From assembly GCF_006345805.1 (NCBI RefSeq), contig NC_043005.1:102672001-102736000 (forward strand): 64,000 nucleotides of DNA. Reading direction: 5' to 3'. Made by a program: the position numbers and the translations under genes. The notes under the pieces are model-generated. The model worked only from the letters and a program-made list of their open reading frames with translations. It was not told where the DNA came from and did no database searches. This document shows, in pieces, positions 40,186 through 50,829 of this stretch. Every line of letters starts with the position of its first letter. Position 1 is the stretch's first letter. This DNA is from Octopus sinensis. Lineage: Eukaryota.

Positions 40186-40517
40186 GAGCTGGCAGAAACG
40201 TTAGCACGCCGGGCGAAATGCTTAGCTGTATTTCGTCTGTCGCTACGTTCTGAGTTCAAATTCCGCCGAGGTCGACTTTGCCTTTCATCCTTTTGGGGTC
40301 GATTAAATAAGTACCACTTACGCATTGGAGTCGATATAATCGACTTAATCCGTTTGTCTGTCCTTGTTTAGCCCCTTGTGGGTAGTAAAGAAATAGGTAT
40401 TTCGTCTGTCGTTGTGTTCTGAGTTCAAATTCCGCCGAGGTCAATTTTGTCTTTTATCCGTTTGTCTGTCCTTGTTTGTTCCCTCTATGTTTAGCCCCCT
40501 GTGGGCAATAAAGAAAT
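40186..40517 (+). mobile_element. SINE family D with tandem second unit
   Basis: Head GAGCTGGCAGAAACGTTAGCACGCC. GTATTTCGTCTG at 40228 and 40397. Junction GTAGTAAAGAAATAGGTATTTCG. Confidence 0.88.
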
Positions 40518-40859
40518 ATATATTTTGCTTCATGCTATATACAAACGTATGTTTTAAAATGGATGTTATTTTCCCTCTTGGACTACTAACGAAGACAGTG
40601 TCCAGGCACAAATGTTTTCCTTCGGCAATCATATACAATGTTGTACTTTAGTCTAACGATTATTTTATGACAACATCGACAAATAATCTGCAAATAATGA
40701 TTCCCTAATGTATCATAATAAGCGACGACTTGTTCACAGTTGGCATTTGAGTATTCCAAAATATTTACGATATTTTTCATTGCAAGTCACATTATTACAT
40801 CCAATCACTTTATTACCTATGTTAATTTTTTACCCATTTATTTTTAAGCGTAAGTATAT

Positions 40860-40914
40860 GTCCATCTATCTTTCTTTCTATCTATCTATCTACCTGTCTG
40901 TCTATCTATCTATC

Positions 40915-40976
<62 letters not shown>

Positions 40977-40990
40977 TTATTTGTTTATCT
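40860..40990. repeat. (ATCT)n microsatellite
   Basis: Direct inspection. Confidence 0.95.
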
Positions 40991-41145
40991 GTCTGTGCGT
41001 CCATCCATATCTATGTAGTGCACCACATTCATTCGTATTACTGTCTTTATGTGTGTGTTATGTGTTTGTGTGTGTGTACATTAATTCAGAAATAGCATAT
41101 AACTCAATATTAGGGTTTTTTTTTTTTTTTATATTTCGTTAAAGG

Positions 41146-41320
41146 TAAAGGCGGCAATCTGGCGGAATCGTTACCACGCCGGTTTTAATGTTTAGCGGCA
41201 TTTCGTCCGTCTTTAATTTCAGATTTCAAATTCCGCCGAGGTCTACTTTGTCTTCTATCCGTTCTCGGTCGATAGAATAAGTAGCAGTTCAACACTGAGG
41301 TTGATATAAATGACTTGTTC
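41146..41320 (+). mobile_element. Diverged SINE family D copy
   Basis: GGCGGAATCGTTACCACGCCGG...TTCAAATTCCGCCGAGGTCTACTTTG...AATAAGTAGCAG. Confidence 0.75.
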
Positions 41321-41596
41321 GCAACGAGAAGGTAAATGTTTTTCATTTCCAAATTTATTCCTGTTCGAATTTTATCCGCTATTTTTGTGGTTCTATAATG
41401 TGTTGAATCTCACCCTAAGTGGATTCCTTATGTGTATAAATATGCACTATATCGTATAAATAATATATAGTCTTCATGACTAATTTTTTTGCACGTTAGA
41501 CCACTGGAAATGTAAATTTTGATTGAATATTTTAAATTTAATTAAATTCCATTTCCCTCTGATATGATTAAACATTATATATATATATATACATAT

Positions 41597-42020
41597 ACTC
41601 TTACTCATTTCTTGTTTAATTCATTTGACTGCGGCCATGCTGGAGCACCACCTTTAGTCTACCAAATCGACCCCAGGTTTTATTTTTTGTAAGCCTAGTA
41701 CCTATTCTATCGGTCTCTTTTACCGAACCGCTAAGTAACGGGGACATAAACACATTACCATCGGTTATCAAGTGATGTTGGGGGGACAAACACAGACGCA
41801 CGAACATACACACACACACATGTATATATATATATACATATAAATATATATATATATCCGACGGGCTTCTTTCAGATTCTGTCTACCAAATCCACTCACA
41901 AATCTTCACTCGGCCCGAGGCTATAATAGAATACACTTGCCCAAGTTGCCACGCAGAGGGACTGGACCGGGAACCATGTGGTTCGTAAGCAAGTAACTTA
42001 CCACACAGCCACTCCTACGC
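41597..42020 (-). mobile_element. SINE family A (complete)
   Basis: Collinear reverse complement of 14099-14526. Confidence 0.9.
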
Positions 42021-42036
42021 ATATGTATATATATAT

Positions 42037-42145
42037 TTCATTTCATCTAGTTTCATCTCACGAGCTGTGGCCATGGTGGGTCACCGCCATTCATATTTTA
42101 AAAATATGGAATGCTTCACGAATTTGCGTGTCACCTTTGCGCAGG
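42037..42145 (-). mobile_element. U6 snRNA 3' half fused to a CR1-type LINE 3' tail (chimeric retrocopy)
   Basis: Minus strand CCTGCGCAAAGGTGACACGCAAATTCGTGAAGCATTCCATATTTTT (U6), then AAAATATGA, then ATGGCGGTGACCCACCATGGCCACAGCTCGTGAGATGAAACTAGATGAAATGAAAT (matches 43040-43095). Candidate TSD ATATGTATATATATAT at 42021-42036 and 42148-42163. Confidence 0.8.
42100..42145 (-). ncRNA. U6: U6 snRNA 3' fragment (about nt 62-107), pseudogenic
   Basis: 46 nt matching canonical metazoan U6 CCTGCGCAAGGATGACACGCAAATTCGTGAAGCGTTCCATATTTTT with 3 substitutions. The 5' half, including ACAGAGA, is absent. Confidence 0.9.
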
Positions 42146-42163
42146 ATATATGTATATATATAT

Positions 42164-42264
<101 letters not shown>

Positions 42265-42589
42265 TCAAAGAGTAAGACAGAGAGAGGGAGATTCATCCCT
42301 GCATACATACATATTTTAAACTGTTTTGTACCCATTAGTCAATGCCATTCAAGGTTATGATTAGCTCTGTTAATGCAACATTATGATCGAAAGGTTTACT
42401 TAACATCATGCACATTCAGTCTTTTATTCCTTGGTAGGTTATTCTCAGATTACTTTATCTGACATGTATGCAGGCATTATAGTGTGGTTATAGGGAGATT
42501 TAGTGGCTATTCTATGAACTAAATGAAGCGATTTAGTTCCTCCATGTTTGTTCTTATCAATACTATTTTTTTTATTAAAACCGTACTAT

Positions 42590-43105
42590 ATAAGCTATTG
42601 GGAAAGACTCAAGAGATTGAGACTCTATTCCTTAGAGCGTAGGCGAGAAAGATATGCCATAATATACATCTGGAAGATCCTAGAAGGACTTGTCCCAAAC
42701 TTTGGCATCGAGAGTTACACAAATGCCAGAACTGGGCGCCACTGCATAGTGCCAAGGACTCCAAATTTGCCATCAGGATGTAGGACAGGATACTGTGATA
42801 GCCTGGGCTTCCGAGGCCCACAGCTCTTCAATATCCTTCCGAAGAACCTAAGAGACATGCATGGGGGGGGGGGCGCAGATGTCTTAAAAATGAAACTGGA
42901 TCTCTTCTTGTCAGGTATCCGAGATGAACCAACTTCACGGCAGGAGGTACAGATGAGGGCAGCTGCATCGAACTCTCTCATGCACCAAATGGCAATTGCT
43001 AAAAAGCACTCGTGAAGTAAAATCATGTAGCAACACCAAATGGCGGTGCCCCAGCATGGCCACAGCTTGTGAGCTGAAACTAGATAAATAAAAATAAATA
43101 AAAAT
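42590..43105 (+). mobile_element. 5'-truncated CR1-type LINE: ORF2 C-terminus plus 3' UTR
   Basis: YWERLKRLRLYSLERRRERYAIIYIWKILEGLVPNFGI...GFRGPQLFNILPKNLRDM...KMKLDLFLSGIRDEP...RAAASNSLMHQM, stop at 43015, short 3' UTR ending in (TAAAA/TAAA)n. The clade call rests on the LxSLExRR-type motif. Confidence 0.8.
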
Positions 43106-44139
43106 GTATATTCATGAATAAATCTCGAAATAAGTAATATGTTGGTGCATGACACATGTAATAATATAGAAAACTGTTTCATCCCCATTATAATTCTAAG
43201 ATGATATATGTAAGAGCTTTGTTCGATATCTTGTTGCCTTGCTTTTGATATATTCTGTATTGGTGAATATCTTCTACAGTAGTCACTGGAGTTAAGATGG
43301 AAGATACAGCCAGTGGAATATTATATTACAAACGTTACACCCATAACACTGCCAATATACAATACACATAATTACCGTATTTGTGAAAGTACTGCAAAAC
43401 TGATATTGATAGAATGAAGTGTCCGTCTTAAATATATAGTACAGCCATAATAATTGTATTAGGCGATATATTTGGAGCACTAATGAAAAAAAAGAGAGGA
43501 ATTAAAAAAACCTGCGTGCAGAATCTCTTTTTGTTCTATGGTAGTAATTATTCTAAATAAGAGGCTATCCGTCTCACGTGTTTTACACTGGTTTCATATT
43601 AGTAGTTGCTATTTGTAATGTTTGCCGTCGTTACGTGCTCTTGTCTCGTTATTGCTCTTATTTTTTTCTTTTTTACATTTCCAAGAAAATGTTCGCATCA
43701 GTACCAATTCATCAAAGTTGGAAAATGGTCATTTTCATTAACATAAAACCCGGAATGAATTACAAATTCGTTGCTGGTGATGAATAATTGTTAAGAACAT
43801 TATGACTAGAAAGAAAATGCCGAATAAGAAATCTTGCAAAGAAGATAAGTAAAAATTCAAGAAACTCGCGAGTGAAAATACGATTTATGGTTATTGTTTC
43901 GAAGTAGAATAGAGTAGCCATAGTCTTGGCACTGCAGATGGAAAAAAAGATGAGGAACACAAGATAAATTACGATATTCGTTTCAACATTTGGTACTTGT
44001 AGTATCCATAACGGCTGGGAGTAATATATTTAATTAACTAGAATGATGATAATATAAGTTTGTGGAAATGCTATTTGCATTTTTTCTATGGTATTCCCAA
44101 CGATACACAAAGGCTCATGCACTCTTTGGAATATGTATA

Positions 44140-44344
44140 TACTCTTTTACTCTTTTACTCTTTTACTTGTTTCAGTCATTTGACTGCGGCCATGCTGGAG
44201 CACCGCCTTTAATCGAGCAACTCGACCCCGGGACTTATTTCTTTTTGTAAGCCCAGTACTTATTTTATCGGTCCCTTTTGCCGAACCGCTAAGTAACGGG
44301 GACATAAACACACCAGCATCGGTTGTCAAGCAATGCTAGGGGCA

Positions 44345-44409
<65 letters not shown>

Positions 44410-44616
44410 TATTATATATATATATAATATATATATATATATATACATATATACGATGTGCTTCTTTCAGTTTCCGTCTACCAAATCCACTCACAAGGCA
44501 TTGGTCAGCCCGGGGCTATAGCAGAAGACACTTCCCCAAGATGCCACGCAGTGGGACTGAAGCCGGAATCATGTGGTTGGTTAACAAACTACTTACCACA
44601 CAGCCACTCCTGCGCC
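44140..44616 (-). mobile_element. SINE family A (complete)
   Basis: Collinear with the other copies, with tail (TAAAAGAG)n and intact head GGCGCAGGAGTGGCTGTGTGG. Confidence 0.92.
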
Positions 44617-44834
44617 TATATATATATATATATATCGTAGAGGGATAAATTACAAGTTTGTGTATGTGTGACGACACCTGGTTCTTAAAGATCAAATATT
44701 CTTGGGAAAGCAAGCCAACTAAGCTGTAGTTCTTAATGTTGTTAAGGTAGTATTACCTGTGTTAACCGTAAAATGTACTGGATAATTTCAACAAACCACA
44801 AACATAAGCACAATCATATATACACATACACAGA

Positions 44835-44983
44835 TCATATCTATTTATGTATCTACCTATCTATCCATCTATCTATCTATCTATCTATCTATCTCTCTAT
44901 CTATCTATCTATCTATCTATCTATTTATTTATCTATCCATCTATCTATCTATCTATCTCTCTATCTATCTATCTATCTCTCTC

Positions 44984-45034
<51 letters not shown>

Positions 45035-45093
45035 GTCTATTTATTTATCTATCCATCTATCTATCTATCTATCTATCTATCTATATATCTATA

Positions 45094-45125
<32 letters not shown>

Positions 45126-45260
45126 CAGCTATCTATCTATCTATCCATATATCTATCTATCTATCTATCTATCTATCATCTATCTATCTATCTATATATA
45201 TATCTATATATCTATCTATCTATCTATCTATCTATCCAGCTATCTATCTATCTATCCATA

Positions 45261-45320
<60 letters not shown>

Positions 45321-45359
45321 CATCTATCTATCTATCTATCTGTCTGTCTGTCTGTCTAT

Positions 45360-45392
<33 letters not shown>

Positions 45393-45400
45393 CATCCATC

Positions 45401-45440
<40 letters not shown>

Positions 45441-45460
45441 CTCTCTCTCTCTCCCTCTCT

Positions 45461-45495
<35 letters not shown>

Positions 45496-45515
45496 TAGAT
45501 AGATAGATAGATAGA
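44835..45515. repeat. Long compound (ATCT)n/(CT)n/(AT)n/(GATA)n microsatellite
   Basis: Direct inspection; source of the two IYLS-repeat ORFs. Confidence 0.95.
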
Positions 45516-45525
45516 TATACAGACA

Positions 45526-45720
45526 GTCGAGGCGCAATGGCCCAGTGGTTAGGGCAACAGACTCGCGGTTGTAGGATCGCGTTTTAGATTCCCAGACCGG
45601 GAGTTGTGAGTGCTTATTGAGCGGACACATCTAAAGCTCCACTTGAAGGCTAAAACAATGCAAAGCGCATCGTGACCAGCGATGTGTAGCAACATCTGAT
45701 AGCCTGGTCGGTCACGATCG
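45526..45720 (+). mobile_element. SINE family B with internal deletion
   Basis: Head and tail match 11124-11430. AGCTCCAC is joined directly to TTGAAGGCTAAAAC, with roughly 110 bp missing. Confidence 0.85.
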
Positions 45721-46831
45721 TTATATACATACACATGCAAACATGCATACTCACACATTCACAGACGCAAACGCATATAGTAAAGCAATGAGGATAAACT
45801 AGATCTTGGGAAATCAAGTCTGAAGCATCTGCCAGTATAGCTAGCTAACACGTTACTCCGTTTGAGTAGTCAGTATTGCGATACATTCAGAGTTAAACAG
45901 AGCTTTCGAGTCACGGCTATCCTGCTAATCCGAGTATCACGCATTGTACCATTTAGTAAACAATAACGAATTGATTGTTTACAACAACATTGCACGGAAT
46001 TTATTTCCCTCATTATTTATTACGAATACGATGTACATCGCATAATATATTACATGACATTTTGAGAATCCACATAGTTGCTTAGCCATTCCTTTCCTTC
46101 TGGAGAATTCAGTCATCGTTCGGCAAAATGCAATTTGTCTATTGATGTAGGGACAAACAGAATGAAATTGGAATTTGTGAGTGGAGCTATTAAAGTCGGT
46201 GACCAGTGAGTTTCTTTTTTATGGGTAGTTTATGTTTTGCAATAAACGATACAGTTACATTGAAAGCAAGTCAATCACCCTTCAAAATGACAAGGTTTTC
46301 AAATATGACGTTAAGACGTATTCCCCACTTATCTGTTGTTAAGATAATTGATGACAAGTACAATTCTACTAGAGCGACAAGATATAATTATACTTAATGC
46401 TTAAACGTAATTTTTCAAATTTGTCGATAGCATTATTCTTACATGTCAAGATCTCAAGGTTGTCCGTGAAATATAATGAACTGCCGCCGTTATATGAGTA
46501 TGGCTTGGTGTTTCCTATAATAGAACAGGCTGGAATATTGTGTATTCTAGTGACTACACTGTCATTTTATTTTCTAGATTCTAAATACCAATAATTTTGA
46601 ATTGGGTTTATTCACTCTCCTAAAGAAGCGTGTGAAGAATTACGAGTTCAAGATTTGAAACCAGTATCTGTAACGCTATACATACATTCATACATACATA
46701 TATATACGAGTGTTGGTGTGCCTGTGAATATACAGATATTGATAAGGGATTATTGATCCTGATAAGATTCTTCTTAAGCTCACTGCAAATACTAACGCAC
46801 TACATTAAAAGGTTTTCTGATTGGTATAGAA

Positions 46832-47200
46832 CTCTGGATAATCCTAAGGCAAAATCGGAAGTTAAAATCCATCACCAGTTGACTTTCTAATTCCATGGTT
46901 GCATTCACCAGTTAATATGGTATGGCAACACAGAGTCATATACAAGAAAAAGCAAAAAATAATGGTCTTTAAAAAATCATGAATTTGTGCACTTACATCT
47001 GTTTCTGATATGCATCTCAACAAAGTAAATAGTTTCGTTTCCGCTAGGTGAATCGAAAAGAAAAGAAAAATGAACCGATCATTCGACCGATCGGTTGCGA
47101 TTCGGCGCATTGTAGATGACTCTCTCAAAGAGCCGGTCTTTGCATCTATTTATATATAGTTACGGGCGGTCTATTCAATTTGCCTTAGAATTGGTCCGGG
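46832..47200. mobile_element. Possible old MITE with ~20-bp imperfect TIRs
   Basis: CTGGATAATCCTAAGGCAAA (from 46834) versus the reverse complement of TTTGCCTTAGAATTGGTCCGG (from 47179). Confidence 0.3.
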
Positions 47201-47705
47201 TACGTGATGTTGATAAATCACAAAAGTGACGAAACATCGTGCTTTATCTATTCTGAACCATGAGGTGAAATGTCTCACCTGATCATGATAAATCTCCAGG
47301 TGTTTTAACATCCAGAACTTTGTGAGCGTCATCTCCAATATATCGAAAAGAATTGTTGTAGGGAATTAAAAATAAAGGTACGCCACTCCCACGTGATGAA
47401 TGGAATAACATAGTCATTATAAGTAAAGAAAAATACGTGAAGTACCAGAGTACGTAGTATGCGATCAGAGATAGTAGTACCTTTACTGGCTTTACTAAGT
47501 GTATTGTATACCGAAGTGGGCGTTATAACAATCCAACATTCTAAGGATATAACAGTGGCGACGAGGATTTAAAGAATTTACGTGTAATTAATAAACTCGC
47601 GATGGATTACCAACCCACGATGAATTAACAACTCATGAGGACATTATTTACATTATTTATATTATTTACATTTGAAGGATATTTGTCTTCATCATGTTTG
47701 TTTTT

Positions 47706-47750
47706 AACACAACGTTCGGCTGATATACCCTCCAGCCTTCTTCAGGTGTC
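47706..47750 (-). ncRNA. Minimal type I hammerhead ribozyme motif (one A of GAAA missing)
   Basis: GACAC-CTGAAGA-A-GGCTG-gagggtatat-CAGCC-GAAC-GTT-GTGTT. Confidence 0.65.
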
Positions 47751-47843
47751 TTGGGAAAATTTCGAACCTGGGTTCTCATTCCTAAGGTATTGTTTCGATG
47801 TTATTATTATTATTATTATTATTATTGTTATTGTTCAGGTCAC

Positions 47844-47978
47844 TGCTTGGACTCGAACTCGGAATCTTGGGTTAAGTAGCCCGCGCTCGTAACCACAACG
47901 CCATATGCCCGTGGGCGTAGTGGTTAAGAGCACGGGCTACTAACCCCAAGATTCCGAGTTCGATACCAAGCAGTGACC
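47844..47978. promoter_or_regulatory. Back-to-back tRNA-like Pol III internal promoters
   Basis: Plus strand: A box GGGCGTAGTGG (47913-47923) and B box GTTCGATACC (47958-47967). Minus strand: GGGCATA-TGGCGTTGTGG...GAGTTCGAGTCC. Confidence 0.7.
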
Positions 47979-48028
47979 TGAACAATAACAACAAAAACAG
48001 CAACAACATCAACAACAACAACAAAAAC

Positions 48029-48067
<39 letters not shown>

Positions 48068-48080
48068 TAATAATAATAAT

Positions 48081-48123
<43 letters not shown>

Positions 48124-48137
48124 CTAATAATAATAGC

Positions 48138-48178
<41 letters not shown>

Positions 48179-48256
48179 TAATAATAATGATAATAACAAC
48201 AACAACATCGAAAAAATACCTTAGGAATTAGAACCCAGGTTCGAAATTTCCCCCAA

Positions 48257-48302
48257 GACACCTGAAGAAGGCTGGAGGGTGTATCAGCAGAAACGTTGTG
48301 TT
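48257..48302 (+). ncRNA. Minimal type I hammerhead ribozyme motif (C11.1 changed to A)
   Basis: GACAC-CTGAAGA-A-GGCTG-gagggtgtat-CAGCA-GAAAC-GTT-GTGTT. Stem I GACAC/GTGTT, palindromic stem III AACGTT, predicted cleavage after 48297. Confidence 0.72.
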
Positions 48303-48962
48303 AACAGCAAACAAGATGAGGACAAATATGCGTCGAATATAAATAATGTAAATAATGTAAATAATGTACATAATTCCTCATCTCTTAAAAATAGAACTGA
48401 ACTCACGAGGAGTTAACAAACCCCCCAAAATCGTTGTTGTTCGAATTTTTCGAAAATATCGTACAATCATGGAAAATTCATTGGTCACTTTGCTCGAGTC
48501 ACAAAAACAGTAACAACAGCAACTGAAAGAACAACAACTGTAGCAGCAGCAACTAAAGGGACAACAAGAGCAGCATCTTCAATTTCAAGAACAACAGCTG
48601 AAGCAACGACACTACCAACATGAAGTCGGTCGGAGGTGGGGCCGAACGGCTTCATTTCATTTATCATTCTATCTAATTCATTCTTTCCATCTATGTTTTA
48701 CTGTCCCCAACATGTGCTATCCCCTCAGTGTTTGGCCTTGTGTGGCCAATAAAAGAAAGGGCGGTGAGAAATAGTCGTGTATTTACTGGTTTTACTAAGG
48801 ATACCGTATACGGAAGTCGGTGTTACGACAATCCAACATTTTATGGATTATAACAGAAGCGTAGGTGAAATAGCAAAGCACATATAGAGAGTTTGTGTGT
48901 GTGTTCGATATTGTTTATAACACGTTTCCTGCTTCTAATTCATCTCTGAACACACACACACG

Positions 48963-49263
<301 letters not shown>

Positions 49264-49794
49264 CGTGTGTCGATGGCGGTGGAGTTGGCGTCCATACTCA
49301 CACCTGCACCTGTGTTGCTTCTCCCCCTTCTTCCCTCCCTCGTGAAGCTGTGGGGAAGGGAGTGTAAGGAAATCAACGTCGTAAAGCGTTGTCAAGGAGA
49401 CCAGCATTCTTTTAGAACAACGACTTCATGGCTTGAAGACACCAAAACAGAAATGGCTAAGAAAGCCCGAAAGCAAATTCTACAGAATCGGGAAACACGC
49501 CACACAGGGAAGGACTCCCGTGCAAAGAATTTGCACAACCGAATGTTATAGTTGTTGCACAAATTTTACTTTAAAAATATTATCCAAACACAAACTTTTG
49601 AAGGCAATATTGTATGGCGATGGTACTTGTGAAGTATGGTAATGGATTTAGTAGCCAAAAGGAGAGAGCAGAGGCATAGTATTGTGGTGGTGGTGGTGGA
49701 GGCAGTGGTAGTAGCACGGTGGTGCTGGTAGTGGTGATGGTGGTCGTGGTCGTGGTGGTCGTCGTGTTTGTGGTGCTGGTGGTGGTGGTGGTGG

Positions 49795-49825
<31 letters not shown>

Positions 49826-50305
49826 GGGGGGTGATGGTAGTGGTGGTGGTCGTGGTGATGATGGTGGTCGTGGTCGTGGTCGTGGTGGTATTCGTGATGG
49901 TGGTGGTGATGGTCATGGGCGTAGTGGTGGTGGTGGTCATGGTGGTAGTGGTGATGGTGTTGGTCGTGGTGGTGGTGGCTGAAGCTGTCGTCTGGGTTCT
50001 TCCAATTTTTTCGTGTGTCGGTGGCGGCGTTGGCGTTCATGTTCGCACTTGCACCTGTGTAGCTCCTCCCCTTCTTCCCTCCCTCGTGAAGCTGTGGGGA
50101 AGGCAGGGTAGGGAAATCAACGTCGTAAAGCGTTGTCAAGGAGACCAGCCTTCTTTTAGAACAACGACTTCATGGCTTGAAGTCGCCAAAACAGAAATCG
50201 CTAAAAAAGCTGAAACAGATCCACAAAAACGGCAAAAACCGCCACACAGAGCAGGTTTCCTGTGCAAACAATTTGCACAACCGAATGTTTTAGTTGTTGC
50301 ACAAA
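49264..50305 (+). repeat. Two diverged direct copies of a ~300-bp segment (49264-49564, 50012-50305) separated by a (GTG)n tract
   Basis: Shared CGTGTGTCG..GGCG, CTTCTTCCCTCCCTCGTGAAGCTGTGGGGAAGG, GGAAATCAACGTCGTAAAGCGTTGTCAAGGAGACCAGC, TTTAGAACAACGACTTCATGGCTTGAAG and TTTGCACAACCGAATGTT.TAGTTGTTGCACAAAT. Confidence 0.88.
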
Positions 50306-50559
50306 TCTTTATATATAAAAGTGAAGTAGTGTGTCTGTCTCCTACGATTTAGATTCCTAACTACTCTCACATTTGCGGTGCAGTTTAACCAAAGCCGGGT
50401 ATCTTATAGTCGTGATTCATATCCAGCCCTTCTGGGTATTAGCGCGCGTCTACGATGAGTCTACGATTTTAAAAAGAAATTACCATCATTTTCTCCATTT
50501 TAATGTATTTTTTCGCTATTATATAAGGGAAGTAACTCTCTAAAAATATATACTGCTAG
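50306..50559 (+). mobile_element. Internally deleted non-autonomous Helitron
   Basis: A|TC start and CTGCTAG|T end. The second internal repeat and the 3' hairpin present in the 18420 copy are missing. Confidence 0.82.
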
Positions 50560-50666
50560 TATATATATATATACGCAGTGAAACTATACATTAGCGTCGT
50601 ATTTATTATGTTCGCTATTTTCCAATAAATATCGGTGCTTCGTGGTGCCATTTATTTACTTTTATA

Positions 50667-50794
<128 letters not shown>

Positions 50795-50829
50795 CTGCCT
50801 TTCAACCTATTAACATATATATATATATA

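Larger units (their letters stand above)
47641..48399. mobile_element. Foldback retroelement: two divergent units, each tRNA-like head + (AAT/AAC)n + Penelope-type tail with hammerhead; 11-bp TSD
   Basis: Arms are reverse complements about a centre at 47903-47912. TSD AACTCATGAGG (47630-47640) and AACTCACGAGG (48400-48410). The left arm lacks the terminal CATAATTCCTCATCTCTTAAAAATAGAACTG. Confidence 0.85.

Noticed and set aside
44773-45498. 241-aa and 215-aa ORFs (IYLS repeats)
   Set aside because: They are translations of an (ATCT)n microsatellite, which has no stop in these frames.
47844-47978. Possible genuine tRNA genes (also the heads at 11126, 23837, 62863)
   Set aside because: Acceptor and anticodon stems do not pair fully, and each head continues into repeat-family sequence; these are SINE-type heads.
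49566-50352. His/Thr/Val-rich ORFs on both strands
   Set aside because: They derive from the (GTG)n tract and the repeated segment X.
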